Source: a virus | Lineage: Duplodnaviria > Caudoviricetes | Reading direction: 5' to 3' (one strand) | Length of the DNA stretch: 36,611 bases | IMG/VR virus record: IMGVR_UViG_3300037046_000323 | Location: 1-36,611 of that record | Shown here: in pieces, positions 9,208 to 17,524 of the stretch | Layout of the letters: each line of letters opens with the position of its first letter | Numbering within the stretch: position 1 is the stretch's first letter | Position numbers and translations under genes: made by a program | Notes under the pieces: generated by a model | Told to the model about the DNA's origin: nothing | Databases searched by the model: none | The model's input: only the letters and a program-made list of their open reading frames with translations

Positions 9208-10953
9208 TTAGGTGGTTAACTTGAACACTTCGATGAAGTTGGGGATATAGGTGATGCCGGGACGGATACGGATATACCAGTGATACTTCCAGTCTGCGCC
9301 ATGATGTTCGACTTTAAGTTCGGCATCGGTACGGTAGCCGATGATGATGAACTTAGGCAGACCACCGATAATATAGTCATCCGGCATGAGTCGGGATTTA
9401 ACTGGGATACCGGCAAAGGAGACGTTACCGCCTTCCAACAGCAGACGATCCCCGGCATTGGTTTCCCGGTCTGCCAGTTCAGCTCTGATCCGAATCAGGT
9501 CTTTCTGGGAGACATAGAACTTGAAGTTCTCCTGCTCTTCCAACAGCTCATCACTGAAAGCAAGCAGAGCGGCTTCAAAGCGGTCAACCCACTTGGGATA
9601 AGTGGTCTTGGAGAGGTTGGTGATATCAGTGCCGGTAGTAGCCAACTTGATCACACCATCCAGAGCTTTGAGCTTATCTGTGCCACTGACTCTGTCACCT
9701 TTGAATAGGAGTAGGCGTATGGCTTTCTCGGTTTTCTTGGCAATATGCTGTTCCACATAAGCGCCAAAGGCTTGCTCACCATACTTGTCCTTATAGAACT
9801 CGACCACATCCCTGCCTAAGGTGAACTCGGCATTGAGGATGCCGGTAGGTACGGACAGGTCGGCAGTGGCTACGTTCTGAGCCGTCAGAGCGCCATCCAG
9901 GCTGTTCTTAAAGACCAGATCGTCAATCAGCCCGATGTCGATCTTCTCGTCTTTAAGCAGTGGAATGACCGAGATATCGGAGAGGGTATCACCCGGTTGG
10001 CTGCCCACCACTTCGTCGATAAACAGACTGGTGGTGTTGGGGTTGAGGATATTCATGACCGACCCGGAGTCGACATCGGCTATGCCTTTGTAGATTTCCT
10101 TATGGGTGGCTTTGACCAAGACCTTGTTGCCATCGATCAGGACTTCTGTGTCCATATTGCCTTGGTTCTCATCGGGTTCACCTTTGATGGACTTGGAGAT
10201 GGCTTTGCTCATGGTGACCGACAAGTCTTTCAGGCTCTTCTCGATACTGCGGATAGCATCCGAGACCATGATGTTACCATTACCACCCTTCTCAAGATCG
10301 GTAATGCGGTCAGAGATAGCAGTAATGCCCTTCTGCAGTTCGGTGTTGTTATGCTGTTCAGCGACTTGCTTGAGAGTATTGAGCTCTCCCTTGATCTCAT
10401 CCAGGACTGCCTTGGTATCACCGTAATCATCAGCTTTACCATAGATGGATACACCATGGAACTGACCTTTTTCGACCTTCTGCCAGAGCTCACTGTTCAT
10501 GTCTTCACACTTGAGCACCTGCACCCAGGCTCCGGTATTGGTGTCCGGGAAATGCTCCTTGTCGGCAGTCTTGAGGATGTAGTTCTCGACCACCACAAAC
10601 TCGGGAACGGTCTGTAGGTTGTGATTGACATCGTTCTTACCGACCAGACCATGCTTAGCGAAGTGATCGCAGGACTTCTGGATCTCGTCCTTGGTGTAAT
10701 AGTCGCCCTGGCTGTCTTTGACATCCGGCTCCATGAGGGTGACATACAGCCGACCCTGGGTTCCGGTCTTTTCACTTTTGAACTTGATGGAGTGGAATTT
10801 GGGCTCATAGCTCTTGCCCTGGGCTGATTTGATGACAAAGCCTTTCTGATTGGCTGGGGTCATCTCATCAAACAGCAGGGAGACCAGTTCCACTTCCACG
10901 TTACGCAGTTCGCCCTTTTGGACGAGCTTTCGGTTTTTGCTAAATGGGTACAC
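9208..10953 (-). CDS. Fused XkdF-like prohead protease / scaffold / major capsid protein
   Basis: N-terminal EPDVKDSQGD...DVNH...VVENYI...GAWV...WQKVEKGQFHGVSIYG (XkdF-like), coiled-coil linker, roughly 290-aa C-terminal capsid-like region (LLLFKGD...DGVIK, GIPV). Confidence 0.8.
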   Translation of the reverse strand: MYPFSKNRKLVQKGELRNVEVELVSLLFDEMTPANQKGFVIKSAQGKSYEPKFHSIKFKSEKTGTQGRLYVTLMEPDVKDSQGDYYTKDEIQKSCDHFAKHGLVGKNDVNHNLQTVPEFVVVENYILKTADKEHFPDTNTGAWVQVLKCEDMNSELWQKVEKGQFHGVSIYGKADDYGDTKAVLDEIKGELNTLKQVAEQHNNTELQKGITAISDRITDLEKGGNGNIMVSDAIRSIEKSLKDLSVTMSKAISKSIKGEPDENQGNMDTEVLIDGNKVLVKATHKEIYKGIADVDSGSVMNILNPNTTSLFIDEVVGSQPGDTLSDISVIPLLKDEKIDIGLIDDLVFKNSLDGALTAQNVATADLSVPTGILNAEFTLGRDVVEFYKDKYGEQAFGAYVEQHIAKKTEKAIRLLLFKGDRVSGTDKLKALDGVIKLATTGTDITNLSKTTYPKWVDRFEAALLAFSDELLEEQENFKFYVSQKDLIRIRAELADRETNAGDRLLLEGGNVSFAGIPVKSRLMPDDYIIGGLPKFIIIGYRTDAELKVEHHGADWKYHWYIRIRPGITYIPNFIEVFKLTT

Positions 10954-10977
10954 TTTACCTCCTGTGTATTGGTATTG

Positions 10978-12177
10978 TTATGGGTTATTGGAAAAATTGC
11001 GGTTCTGCATAAAGAGCTGCTCATCGGGAGATTGCAGAGCTTCTGTCAGGTTACCGAAGTTGAAGTCATCTGGTGTTACGTTCCAGTTGAACTCATAGTT
11101 GAACTCGATGGCTAATGTTAAAGCCAAGCGTTCCTGGAGAGGTTTAATCACGAAGTGGTAGAACATCAGCATATCGCTCTTGTTATCGCCTCCAAGCTGA
11201 CCTGGTATAAGTTGAGAGACCACTCTGGCAGGAACCCGGTGATATGCGAAGATGCCTTCTCTGAGGTCTTTCTTAAGGCTAAGGAAACCACCTTCCCTGT
11301 CCTGTTGGCGCAGAGGTTCCAGCCTAATGCGGACTTCCTTGCTTTCACTTTCGATCAGGACTGTGGAGTGAGATTTGGCATTGCCTTTAACCTCGGTCAG
11401 GGCTTTCTCAATCTCGGTATAGGCATCGGTCAGTACTTCATTGCCCTGCTCATCTGTCACTGTCCCATCACGCAGGGTTCCCCCTTCCACTATCACGAAA
11501 TAATCGATCATCAGACCATTCAGGAAGTTGTTATAGTCGAAGGTCTTAATCTCAGACAATATCTCGATATTAATAGCTATAGGCAGGCAGGACAGACCCC
11601 AGGCATTGGACTTGTGGGTGCTTTTCTTGATGTGGATGATATCTGCATAGGTAAAGTCTTGTTTCTGATTATTCTTGGTCTGGATAAAGTTGGGGCGGAA
11701 GAACCCGAACTCGTCATAGTTCTCAACTATCTGTACTTCAGTGGGTAACATACGCTCCAGACCCATCCACTGACCCTGGGCATTACGCATTTTGATCAGG
11801 AACCCATTACCACAGGCAATATAGAACTTGATCAGCTCACCTATGATAGTGGTCTGGTCTTCACAGGCAGGGAACTCGGCAGTCTCCATCCACTTGGTGA
11901 CATTACTGTTCTTGCACTCAAACTGCATGACCGTAGCCATCGTAATGGCATCCACACAGCCAGAATGGTACTCATCTGTATCCAAAAGTGCCAATAGCTT
12001 GCTCATGGAGTAGGGTTGAGACACTACTTTCTTGCTTTCTGCTTCCTTGGAGATCAGCCGTTTACCGACTCGTTTCAGAACAGCTAGGTCAACAGCTTCC
12101 GACTTGTATTTACTTTCCAACAGCTCAGTGGCTGAGCTGATGCCCACGTTATGGTTACCCAGGCGCATTACCTTCAT
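10978..12177 (-). CDS. Portal protein, PBSX/P2-like family
   Basis: CGNGF, DIIHIK, WGLS, YHRVP, IKPLQ portal motifs. Confidence 0.85.
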   Translation of the reverse strand: MKVMRLGNHNVGISSATELLESKYKSEAVDLAVLKRVGKRLISKEAESKKVVSQPYSMSKLLALLDTDEYHSGCVDAITMATVMQFECKNSNVTKWMETAEFPACEDQTTIIGELIKFYIACGNGFLIKMRNAQGQWMGLERMLPTEVQIVENYDEFGFFRPNFIQTKNNQKQDFTYADIIHIKKSTHKSNAWGLSCLPIAINIEILSEIKTFDYNNFLNGLMIDYFVIVEGGTLRDGTVTDEQGNEVLTDAYTEIEKALTEVKGNAKSHSTVLIESESKEVRIRLEPLRQQDREGGFLSLKKDLREGIFAYHRVPARVVSQLIPGQLGGDNKSDMLMFYHFVIKPLQERLALTLAIEFNYEFNWNVTPDDFNFGNLTEALQSPDEQLFMQNRNFSNNP

Positions 12178-12575
12178 GATGCCGCTCCCGAGTCGCTCTT
12201 CAGCAGATCAAGTTTGGCTATCCTGACTGTCCGGGTGCCGTCTATCCTGGATGTGTAATACTCAATATGGGGTATGTCTCTATTTAGAAACTTGATAAAC
12301 TGTTCTCTGAACTTCTCTTTGAGTTTATACAGGTCTAAGTCAGGATCATCCACATTCTGAGCATTGACGATCAGATAGACGGTCCAGGCTATATCGGTGG
12401 CAGTAAACTGACGAACGGTGGCTTTGATGCCATCCTCGTTATCTAAGATGACAATAGCGCAAGGCAGGTTCTTGGGGATATTGTCCTTGTTGAATATAAT
12501 GGTCGGAATATTACAGGGCTGTAGGGACTGAATTATCTTATCCCTTTGAGCCAGAAAACGCTCCAAATTGGTCAT
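12174..12575 (-). CDS. Putative tail terminator / head-tail joining protein
   Basis: 133 aa, LPCAIV motif, position in connector cluster. Confidence 0.5.
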   Translation of the reverse strand: MTNLERFLAQRDKIIQSLQPCNIPTIIFNKDNIPKNLPCAIVILDNEDGIKATVRQFTATDIAWTVYLIVNAQNVDDPDLDLYKLKEKFREQFIKFLNRDIPHIEYYTSRIDGTRTVRIAKLDLLKSDSGAAS

Positions 12576-13063
12576 AACCTGACCTCGATGGAGTTAAGCT
12601 GCTCATATATCCACTGCTCCCGGTTGGTGATCACCTCGGCAAATACATTACGGGCAGCGATGCCTTCCCTTTTGATCTTGCCCCGGATGAGATATGCGAT
12701 CTCAGCGATGGTTAGCTGCTTGCCTGTCTCTTTGTCAGTCCAAGATAGGTGCTTGCGTTCAACCCAAGCGATTAGCGGAGCAATGGGAGTCCAAGAAGGC
12801 ACCTTACCGCCCAAAACAAAAGGCTCGTGTTTGACATTGGAGCCGACCCTCAGGTTCATGCCGGAAGGCTGGGTCTCGACCAGATAGCCTGTATTGCCGT
12901 AGAAGTCGCCCTTATCATAGATGTTCTGAGCTAAAATCTCTTTCCTGGCATTGGCATCGATTACAGAACCGATCAGATGCAGTCTGCTCTCAAGTGCTGT
13001 ATAGATAGCCCGGTAGATCTCAGCCATCAGCTCATCCGGTGAGTCAAATACTCGGTTTGCCAT
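12572..13063 (-). CDS. Putative tail completion protein (HK97 gp10-like)
   Basis: DKGDF, VGSNVKHEPFVLGG, GIAARNVF pattern. Confidence 0.6.
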   Translation of the reverse strand: MANRVFDSPDELMAEIYRAIYTALESRLHLIGSVIDANARKEILAQNIYDKGDFYGNTGYLVETQPSGMNLRVGSNVKHEPFVLGGKVPSWTPIAPLIAWVERKHLSWTDKETGKQLTIAEIAYLIRGKIKREGIAARNVFAEVITNREQWIYEQLNSIEVRL

Positions 13064-13524
13064 CAGATGACTCCGACCCTGATTACCCTTGGAGGTCTGG
13101 GAGAGATAATCCCAAGCCTTTCCTTGCCGGCATCGTTCAGGTAGGCAGACAGGACTGTCAGAGCTCTGAGCTCAAGTTTCGACTTAAAGGCATCTATTTC
13201 CGCACCTGTGAGCAGTTCGGTAGCCGATTGGTCTAATCCTACGGTCTTAACGATTCCCTCGCCCAAAGTCTTTAAATTGAGGAACTCGCAAGTGGAATGA
13301 AGCATAAAAAAGCAATAAGCAGACTGGAAGGCAATATACAGAGGATCTTCTTCTCCCACTCTCGGATCAAAGGCTGACTGGTAAAAGTTATCCATCACGA
13401 CAGATCTGAGAGTTTCCAAGACTATATGTTGATGCAATTTGAAAACAGAGTTGCTTTGCATCTCCGAGGGTAGATTCAAAAAGATTAGGACTTCAGACAA
13501 TTCAACCGGTAAAGCAGCGGGCAT
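13063..13524 (-). CDS. Putative head-tail adaptor
   Basis: 153 aa helical protein in connector cluster. Confidence 0.5.
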   Translation of the reverse strand: MPAALPVELSEVLIFLNLPSEMQSNSVFKLHQHIVLETLRSVVMDNFYQSAFDPRVGEEDPLYIAFQSAYCFFMLHSTCEFLNLKTLGEGIVKTVGLDQSATELLTGAEIDAFKSKLELRALTVLSAYLNDAGKERLGIISPRPPRVIRVGVI

Positions 13525-13946
13525 CAGCCTTTTCTCATCAGTTCAGAAAGCTCAATGGCTCTACGACCGACCTGCTTAGCCCACCGAGAAGCCAGCATCC
13601 CATTAGCAGCCCTTTCAAAATCACCAGAGCCAATGAAAGCCAGGGTGTTCTTGAATTGCATCAGTCCAGATATGCCCAAGTTGAAGCACATGTTGAGCAG
13701 AACCGACTTCCGTGTCTCATTTAGCCTGGAATAGACCTCAGGAATCTCAGCTAGTAGTTCCCTCTCACAGCGCAACATATCGTTCTCAAGCAGGACAAAG
13801 GCTTCTATCTGGGAGATGCCGCAATCATCCAGATTGCGTCCGATACCTATGGTCAGTTTCCCGGCTGGACAGCGATATGGTTTGAGTTTCAATCCCTCAT
13901 GCCGGATAAGCTGCTCTTTGACTTTCAGTAAGAGGCTCTGTTCCAT
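13524..13946 (-). CDS. Phage lysozyme (GH24 endolysin)
   Basis: HEGLKLKPYRCPAGKLTIGIGRNL, NMCFNLG, SRWAKQVGRRA. Confidence 0.93.
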   Translation of the reverse strand: MEQSLLLKVKEQLIRHEGLKLKPYRCPAGKLTIGIGRNLDDCGISQIEAFVLLENDMLRCERELLAEIPEVYSRLNETRKSVLLNMCFNLGISGLMQFKNTLAFIGSGDFERAANGMLASRWAKQVGRRAIELSELMRKG

Positions 13947-13995
13947 GTTTGCTCCAATAATCTTAATCTGGAGCTATGAAACCATTACCATGTAT

Positions 13996-14033
13996 GTTGA
14001 CAAATCAGGTTGCCTTAAGTTGCCACAGAATTT
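13996..14033 (-). promoter_or_regulatory. Conserved 38-bp late-operon regulatory motif, copy 1
   Basis: GTTGACAAATCAGGTTGCCTTAAGTTGCCACAGAATTT, 34/38 identical to 28318..28355. Confidence 0.75.
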
Positions 14034-14244
14034 TTTATTGACATAAATCAACTTCTCTAATTTAAACTCTTAACATGATTTAAATGATCTATAATTGGAG
14101 TATTAAAATGCAACATAGGGATTGCTTTGCCGAATACTGGTGGAAGAATACATAATTAATATCTTTCACCATTTGATGTTAACATAATTAACTATTTCGG
14201 TAAAATAAGAATCGAAATATAACATTAGTGTAAGAGAGGACATT

Positions 14245-14544
14245 ATGATTGAATTGTATGTAAATGATAACACAAAAATCCTAGTTCAAACAGGTTCAAA
14301 TTCTCAATGGGTCGAAAGAGGAATTGGTGATACATGCCAAGCAAAATTGGAATTTCTTTTAGATACTTTGAAGTCAATTGGTGAAGAAATGAGTAAAAAA
14401 TTTAGTGAAGCTCAAAAATCAATATCTAGCATAGAACTTCAAATAGGTTTTGAAATTGGAGCAGAAGGAAATTTTATAATTAGCAAAGTAGCTACTAAAG
14501 CTCAGATAAATGGTATCATCAAGTGGGATTTTAAAAAAGCATGA
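14245..14544 (+). CDS. Trypsin-co-occurring domain protein (Trypco1-like)
   Basis: 99 aa with IELQIGFEIGAEGNFIISK...INGIIKW signature, directly upstream of a trypsin gene. Confidence 0.8.
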   Translation: MIELYVNDNTKILVQTGSNSQWVERGIGDTCQAKLEFLLDTLKSIGEEMSKKFSEAQKSISSIELQIGFEIGAEGNFIISKVATKAQINGIIKWDFKKA

Positions 14545-16106
14545 TACAGGATGCTATATACACTGTTCAATATAATAATGATATAATTGGGACATGTTTT
14601 TTAGTTGAGTTCAGAGGATTCTACTTGATTTTAACATGCAAGCATATTTTTAAAAATTTGAGTAAGCAGATGAATAGTACTTTCCAAATTGTTGATGCAA
14701 ATCATAATTTTAACGCTACAATAATCCATGTAAGTGATGTAGACTTAGTTGTTATGATTCCAATTGGGATAGATGAGCCCTCATTCATTCGTTTGTACCA
14801 AGAGTCAATGCCAAGTTCTGGCGCTAAAATGGTATTCTTCGGTTATAGTAAGAAAGACTCTCGATACAATGGTAACTGTATACAATGTCGGGAAAAACCT
14901 GTTGTTAAAGGTCCAATAGTTCAACTTGAATTTTCAAAGGTAGACTATTTTGATTTAGATGGATTTAGTGGTTCTCCATTATTGTGGGAAATTGATTCAT
15001 CCAAAAATCTATGTTGTGGCATGTTTCTTTCGGATATTTTTAAGAAAACTGGGTGCTTTCTATCTTCAGAAGTAATATTCAGAGAATTAAGTAACGCCCC
15101 AGCTATTATTAAACGACTGCCTACTCAAAACGGATCTTCTCTTCCCAATTTAAACGGGATATGGAAATTATGTTTAGATGATACGAGTGAATTGTTTAAT
15201 TCACAGGAACATGAGGTTTATTCCGAAGGTTTTATTGATATTCATCAACACCAAAGCGAGATAACAGGAAATGCAGTGAATTTGCTTTTTCATGGAAGAA
15301 TCAAGTCAGTCTTATTTGCGTCCTTCATTTATGATGTTGTAAAATCAGAGATTAAAGAGAGTTCGACTAATTGTGGCGATGTGAAGCTCGAAGCAGTATG
15401 TTATCTTCAAAGTAAGATGTATTCTGGTGATAATGTGTCAACGGTAGTTCAAGACCTTATTCAAACGCTTAAGAAGTATCCCAATAATGTGTATTTAAGG
15501 ATACTTGCATCAATTGATACAAATGTAGGACGAGGTAGTGGGCAATGGTCTATATTAGATTCCGATCGTGAAGGAGTTTTCTCAATTGATTCTCATAGAT
15601 ATTCTATCAAAATCCCTTCATTAAGTACTAAAATTCTCAAATCACTGGTTTTTGAGAAAGAGCTTAAAAGAAACCTCGCAAAGGACTATATTGACTCAGT
15701 ACCCAACACATGCTACCATGTAATAATAGATTATCAGGGAGTTATTATTGCACAATGCAGGGAAACGCCTTATGCCAATTTAGTCCCTAAAGAAAAAAAG
15801 ATATATCGTGTTTTTAATGAAGAAGAATGCACATATTTATCAAAATTTTGTGTTAGGCAAGATTTTAGAAATACTGGTATTGCTCATAGGTTAGGCGCGT
15901 GTGTAGTTAAGCACCTATTTAATAAGGGGGTTAGAATTATTGCATTAAATATTTGTCCTCGACATCTGTTTTTGTACAAAAGAATTGGTTTTGTTGAATG
16001 CGGGAATCAGTTTTTCTCGGATGAAGTTGGAGAGTTGGTAATACCACTTATAGGGGATTTGCATAAAATAATTAATCATAGAGCACTAATAGGGATGTTA
16101 ATATGA
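14541..16106 (+). CDS. Trypsin-like serine protease fused to central beta-rich domain and C-terminal GNAT acyltransferase
   Basis: GTCFLV, LTCKH, DVDL, GFSGSP (triad); PNLNGIW; LSKFCVRQDFRNTGIA and NICPRHLFLYKRIGF (GNAT). Confidence 0.82.
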   Translation: MIQDAIYTVQYNNDIIGTCFLVEFRGFYLILTCKHIFKNLSKQMNSTFQIVDANHNFNATIIHVSDVDLVVMIPIGIDEPSFIRLYQESMPSSGAKMVFFGYSKKDSRYNGNCIQCREKPVVKGPIVQLEFSKVDYFDLDGFSGSPLLWEIDSSKNLCCGMFLSDIFKKTGCFLSSEVIFRELSNAPAIIKRLPTQNGSSLPNLNGIWKLCLDDTSELFNSQEHEVYSEGFIDIHQHQSEITGNAVNLLFHGRIKSVLFASFIYDVVKSEIKESSTNCGDVKLEAVCYLQSKMYSGDNVSTVVQDLIQTLKKYPNNVYLRILASIDTNVGRGSGQWSILDSDREGVFSIDSHRYSIKIPSLSTKILKSLVFEKELKRNLAKDYIDSVPNTCYHVIIDYQGVIIAQCRETPYANLVPKEKKIYRVFNEEECTYLSKFCVRQDFRNTGIAHRLGACVVKHLFNKGVRIIALNICPRHLFLYKRIGFVECGNQFFSDEVGELVIPLIGDLHKIINHRALIGMLI

Positions 16107-17425
16107 TAGCAGCATTAATTTTATATGTTTTAGTGGTTTTTATTTGGGGGATGTCTATAAAGAGTAGTTTAAAGCCATGGGAGCTAAATCCTAACACTCA
16201 TTGGTTAACATTATGTTTTTCGATAATTGCTGGTATTGTTGGAGGTAATACTTTTGTCACTTTTACAGGATTTTCATATAAATACGGTTCTCCAGTATTA
16301 GTTTATTTTGTCGGTGTCATAATAGGTTTATTAACATTACACGCATTCAACACGAGAATAAGAAGCATTCCGCAGGAAAGTTTAGGAGCTGGGTTAGTTA
16401 TTGATTTGTATCCAAAGTCTACACAATATATATTTTTTAGCGCTAATTTACTAAGATTTCTTGCTGTATCGTTAATTCAAGTCATTGCAGGCGGATTATT
16501 GCTTAATGAAATTACTGGTATTCATTATAGTGTGTGCACATTGATTATATTATTAACTATTACTTTATATACTGCAAAACAAGGTTTTTCTGGGGTAGTA
16601 AAAACAGATGTTGTTCAAATGATTTTAACATTAATTCCTCTTTTTCTTATAACGATGTTTTTTTTATTTTTCAAATTACCAGATATTAGTAGTGTTATTC
16701 AGAATAGCAAGTTTGATTTTTTTTCACCTGGTAAGAGTATACTATTCGGGTTATTTGGCTTTTTAATCGTAGTTGGTTCTTTAGATATATGGCAACGCTA
16801 TGCAATATTAAAAAGTAGTAAACATTCACTCTACACACTTATAGTATCTGTATTATGCATTATTACCACTGCTTCAGGCATTTTTCTAATTAGTATTTTA
16901 TTGAAGGAAAAAATGCTGATGTCAAACATTAATCCAGATTATGTATTTGTTCACACCTTTTCATTGGATTTGATTCCGCATATACTTAAAATTATGTTGT
17001 TTATCGCTATTCTAAGTGCTATAATGTCAACTGCAGATACATTTATTCAAGGTTCCGCTTTGCTAATTGAAAAGTTGAGAAAGGGAAGTAGTGAAAAAAA
17101 GAAATCCAGTTATTTAATCACATTACTTGCTGTAGTAATTAGTATGACTATTATAGCAAACTTGTATGACAGCATACTGTCTCTAGCTGTTTTTTTTGCT
17201 AATATAGTATTTGCATTTGCTCCGTTCTTAATACTTTTATTATTCGGGAAAAGACCACACTATTTACTCGTCAATATCGGGTTATCGCTAAGTACAATTT
17301 ATGCAATATGTATAGGCTTGATTCCCAGAGTACCAATAGAACTCAGTTACGTGACATTGTTGATATCGTGCTTATTTATGCTTTTAGGATTGATTTTCGC
17401 TAGAACTAAGCAAAAACTCTTATGA
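16103..17425 (+). CDS. Sodium:solute symporter (SSS) family protein
   Basis: About 12-13 TM segments; GFSGVVKTDVVQ, WQR, AILSAIMSTADT motifs. Confidence 0.85.
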   Translation: MIAALILYVLVVFIWGMSIKSSLKPWELNPNTHWLTLCFSIIAGIVGGNTFVTFTGFSYKYGSPVLVYFVGVIIGLLTLHAFNTRIRSIPQESLGAGLVIDLYPKSTQYIFFSANLLRFLAVSLIQVIAGGLLLNEITGIHYSVCTLIILLTITLYTAKQGFSGVVKTDVVQMILTLIPLFLITMFFLFFKLPDISSVIQNSKFDFFSPGKSILFGLFGFLIVVGSLDIWQRYAILKSSKHSLYTLIVSVLCIITTASGIFLISILLKEKMLMSNINPDYVFVHTFSLDLIPHILKIMLFIAILSAIMSTADTFIQGSALLIEKLRKGSSEKKKSSYLITLLAVVISMTIIANLYDSILSLAVFFANIVFAFAPFLILLLFGKRPHYLLVNIGLSLSTIYAICIGLIPRVPIELSYVTLLISCLFMLLGLIFARTKQKLL

Positions 17426-17524
17426 CCTTCAAAAAACTTCTTTTTGCTATCCTAAATTAGAAAAAGACGGGTTATGAATCCAGTATTTAGTGTGTTTACA
17501 TTGTATCTAAAAAGGTAGCCACAA

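Noticed and set aside
9280-12887. Long + strand ORFs (e.g. 9997..10617, 11155..11748)
   Set aside because: Antisense shadows of capsid, portal and connector genes with no recognisable motifs; the same applies to 5144..5626 and 28240..28857.
14010-14028. Sigma54 promoter in the late motif
   Set aside because: GG-to-GC spacing is 9 nt rather than the required 10.
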